Source of the DNA: a virus
Taxonomy: Duplodnaviria > Caudoviricetes
Virus record (IMG/VR): IMGVR_UViG_3300028833_000141
Coordinates: 1-64,000 of that record
DNA length: 64,000 bases
Strand: one strand, 5' to 3'
The notes beneath the pieces were generated by a model, which was not told the DNA's origin, searched no databases, and saw only the letters and a list, made by a program, of their open reading frames with translations. Position 1 is the first letter of the stretch, and every line of letters begins with the position of its first letter. A program made the position numbers and the translations under genes. Positions 61,782 through 64,000 of the stretch are shown here, in pieces.

Positions 61782-61805
61782 AGATAGAGGTTTACGCCTC
61801 TATCT
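61782..61805 (-). terminator. intrinsic terminator after the portal gene
   Basis: AGATAGAGG / CCTCTATCT stem plus TTTTTATTT. Confidence 0.7.
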
Positions 61806-61912
61806 ATAAAGAACTATTTAATTTTGATAACCGGAATTGCTATCAAAAGATTTTTAGCAGTTTTCTCTGCCCTCGATATGGGTTTAAAGTCTCCATTCCG
61901 ACTATTATATTG

Positions 61913-63544
61913 TTAACCATCTGATGGAGCAGGTAAGTCATTACCTCTGTTGTTCCTGGAAACAACTGTTGCATCAGAAGGGTTATCACTTGTTGGTCTG
62001 CCGCCTTTATCATTATCATTCTTGGACATTGTAAAAGATGTTTTATGTACAGGATATTTTTCCTCAACACCTAATTCCAATTCTTCATCTAATAAAGCGA
62101 AGAACACTTCCGGTTCAATACCGCAAGCAGCCGCCCAAAGTGCAAGACTTCCTTTGCCTTGCAGGTATAATTCTTTGGCATTGTCGATCATCTCTGATTT
62201 GTTCACATTGGTTATCTTTAAATATTTAACTTCAACTCTATTAGCATCATCTTTAATGATATTTGCAGCAATACATTTATTTAATTCTTCCGTTATTTGA
62301 TCAATCCACTGGAATACCTGACCTGTTATCAGTTCCAAATTTTGCATCTGCGCAGAATAACTTCCACTACCGACACCATTTAATAAAGAGCCAGCAATAC
62401 CCATACCCAATGCGATTCTATCTGATATATTTGATTCATATTTATCATCAAATATATCCGTGTTAGGTGGATCGATAGTATTTAATTTTGTTCCGGCAGC
62501 GACAGAGAAGAATGAAATACCGCCACGACTATTTTTAGTCAAAATAGCACCTTTGACTTTTTCATGCTGTTCTCTCTGCTGTCTTTCTGTCAAAGCAGAT
62601 TTTCCTTTTTCTTTTCCTTCCGGGAATGTCTCATAGACTACTCTATTATTAATATCATCCAAAATGTTTCTCTTTGTTTGAATGAAATAATCATTATAGA
62701 GAATATCGTTAATGGCAGCTAACACTAATGGTCTGCCATATTTTTCATTTCTCTTTGAGCGTATCTTATGGACTATGGTTTTGGTATTATCTAATACAAC
62801 CCAATTACCACCTTTATCAGAACTATTTTTACGCTTTTCATATGCCTCTCTGATTTGTTGAGGATATTTCTTCAATTTCTTTTCAATTGGCTCATCAAAA
62901 CTTAAATTAAAATAATTCAAATCAAAAGCTAACACATATGAAGAATTTTTAATCCCAACTATTTCCGTATAATCGGCAGGTAGGGAAATGATCTCGGCAT
63001 TAACACCATATGCGTTTAATTCATTTATCTCAGTCATATTTTTAACTTCATAATCCGTCATTAATTTCTGTCGATCAATCGGACGCTGTGAAGTTTCAAA
63101 ATAATAAAACGCTTCGCCTTCGACCATTCCTTTGAATAAAGCATCACGAATTATTTCTTTATGTTTTATAGTTCTAAGGGTAGAATCCATAAGTTCTTTA
63201 TTCTTACGCTTTTTGTTTTTATTCTTTCCGTGAGTAACAATTACTCTGTCTAATGTCGGCATAGCTACCATATAGTCAACTGTATGGGTATAAGTACCAT
63301 TAGTGCCATAAAGCATTAATGATAATTCTCTTAATTGACTATTATAGTCCATAGGATACCTTGCTAAATTTTGCAAAGTCTCCGGAGTGTATGCTTTATA
63401 TAAATCAAGACCATAAACCGCTGTAGAATATTGTCTTGAATTTCTATATGATTGAAAATCATATGATACCGCCTCATCAGATTTATGATTATTCTGAGGA
63501 CGATATTTTTTTCTATTGTTGTAACCTTTATTATTAGAACTCAA
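61913..63544 (-). CDS. portal protein
   Basis: 543 aa between terminase and scaffold; KYGRPL motif; GGRPT tail. Confidence 0.8.
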   Translation of the reverse strand: MSSNNKGYNNRKKYRPQNNHKSDEAVSYDFQSYRNSRQYSTAVYGLDLYKAYTPETLQNLARYPMDYNSQLRELSLMLYGTNGTYTHTVDYMVAMPTLDRVIVTHGKNKNKKRKNKELMDSTLRTIKHKEIIRDALFKGMVEGEAFYYFETSQRPIDRQKLMTDYEVKNMTEINELNAYGVNAEIISLPADYTEIVGIKNSSYVLAFDLNYFNLSFDEPIEKKLKKYPQQIREAYEKRKNSSDKGGNWVVLDNTKTIVHKIRSKRNEKYGRPLVLAAINDILYNDYFIQTKRNILDDINNRVVYETFPEGKEKGKSALTERQQREQHEKVKGAILTKNSRGGISFFSVAAGTKLNTIDPPNTDIFDDKYESNISDRIALGMGIAGSLLNGVGSGSYSAQMQNLELITGQVFQWIDQITEELNKCIAANIIKDDANRVEVKYLKITNVNKSEMIDNAKELYLQGKGSLALWAAACGIEPEVFFALLDEELELGVEEKYPVHKTSFTMSKNDNDKGGRPTSDNPSDATVVSRNNRGNDLPAPSDG

Positions 63545-63560
63545 GGCTCGTCCTCCTTTT

Positions 63561-64000
63561 CTAATTTATAAATACGCCATATTCATATTCTTCGTTCTGA
63601 GATAGTAGGTCTTGTTCTAATTGTGACGCAAAGTATGATCCATACGAAATCGAAGTATATCTATCTTTGCGCTTACTGCCTTGCTCATGTATAACAATCG
63701 CACCAGTCTGTTCCTTCTTTTCATACGCTAATTCCATAGTCTCACTAATGAAAGCCTGTGTTTCGAGAAATGGCATTTCATAGAGTGATTGCAAATCGCC
63801 ATCAGGTGTATCATTGTACTCAGGAATATTTGGAAGAATATCTTCTAATGCTGTTTCCAATGTGCATAAAAAATCAATTCGTTCATTCTCTAAAACTCTT
63901 CTAAAGTCTATAGCAATATCACTATTTAATTTCTGACTGGCGTTAATTACATATATACAAGGAGTCGCACCTTCAATTTGAATCCTCTTTGCCACATTTT
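63561..64000 (-). CDS. terminase large subunit, C-terminal part (truncated by the window edge)
   Basis: Open to the window end; KRKDRYTSISYG nuclease motif; upstream of portal. Confidence 0.7.
   Translation of the reverse strand, partial: NVAKRIQIEGATPCIYVINASQKLNSDIAIDFRRVLENERIDFLCTLETALEDILPNIPEYNDTPDGDLQSLYEMPFLETQAFISETMELAYEKKEQTGAIVIHEQGSKRKDRYTSISYGSYFASQLEQDLLSQNEEYEYGVFIN

Noticed and set aside
23751-64000. Second DGR target
   Set aside because: No other copy of the TR-conserved sequences (TGGGAGCGTTCACCG, GGTGTCGTGGTCGG) was found by eye; the rest of the genome is unseen

Overview
This is a 64-kb segment of a large temperate Firmicutes siphophage with SPbeta-like gene order, apparently in the excised (attP) form. 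The + strand (1-17.9 kb) carries a PAPS-reductase-like gene, Sak3/SSB, a frameshifted radical SAM gene, DnaB-like helicase, primase, a Cas4-like nuclease, DnaE, thyX, nrdDG, a dUTPase fusion, two xis-like genes, an attP made of the 3' half of tRNA-Trp, and a tyrosine integrase. The - strand (64-18 kb) is the virion operon: terminase, portal, scaffold, capsid, neck and tail genes, a double holin/lysin cassette, a second tyrosine recombinase, tape measure, Dit, tail spike and a giant tail fibre. Three things stand out. (1) There is a complete diversity-generating retroelement (VR 23612-23750, TR 22426-22561, RT) whose Avd appears to be a tandem two-domain protein and whose VR has one more codon than TR. 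(2) Five group I introns, mapped by hand to the nucleotide, rejoin fragmented ORFs into a 2547-aa DGR-target fibre (2 introns) and a 2426-aa tape measure (3 phase-0 introns, one encoding a homing endonuclease). (3) One intron appears to use a C.A pair instead of U.G at its 5' splice site. Gene calls rest on motif recognition; no database search was run.
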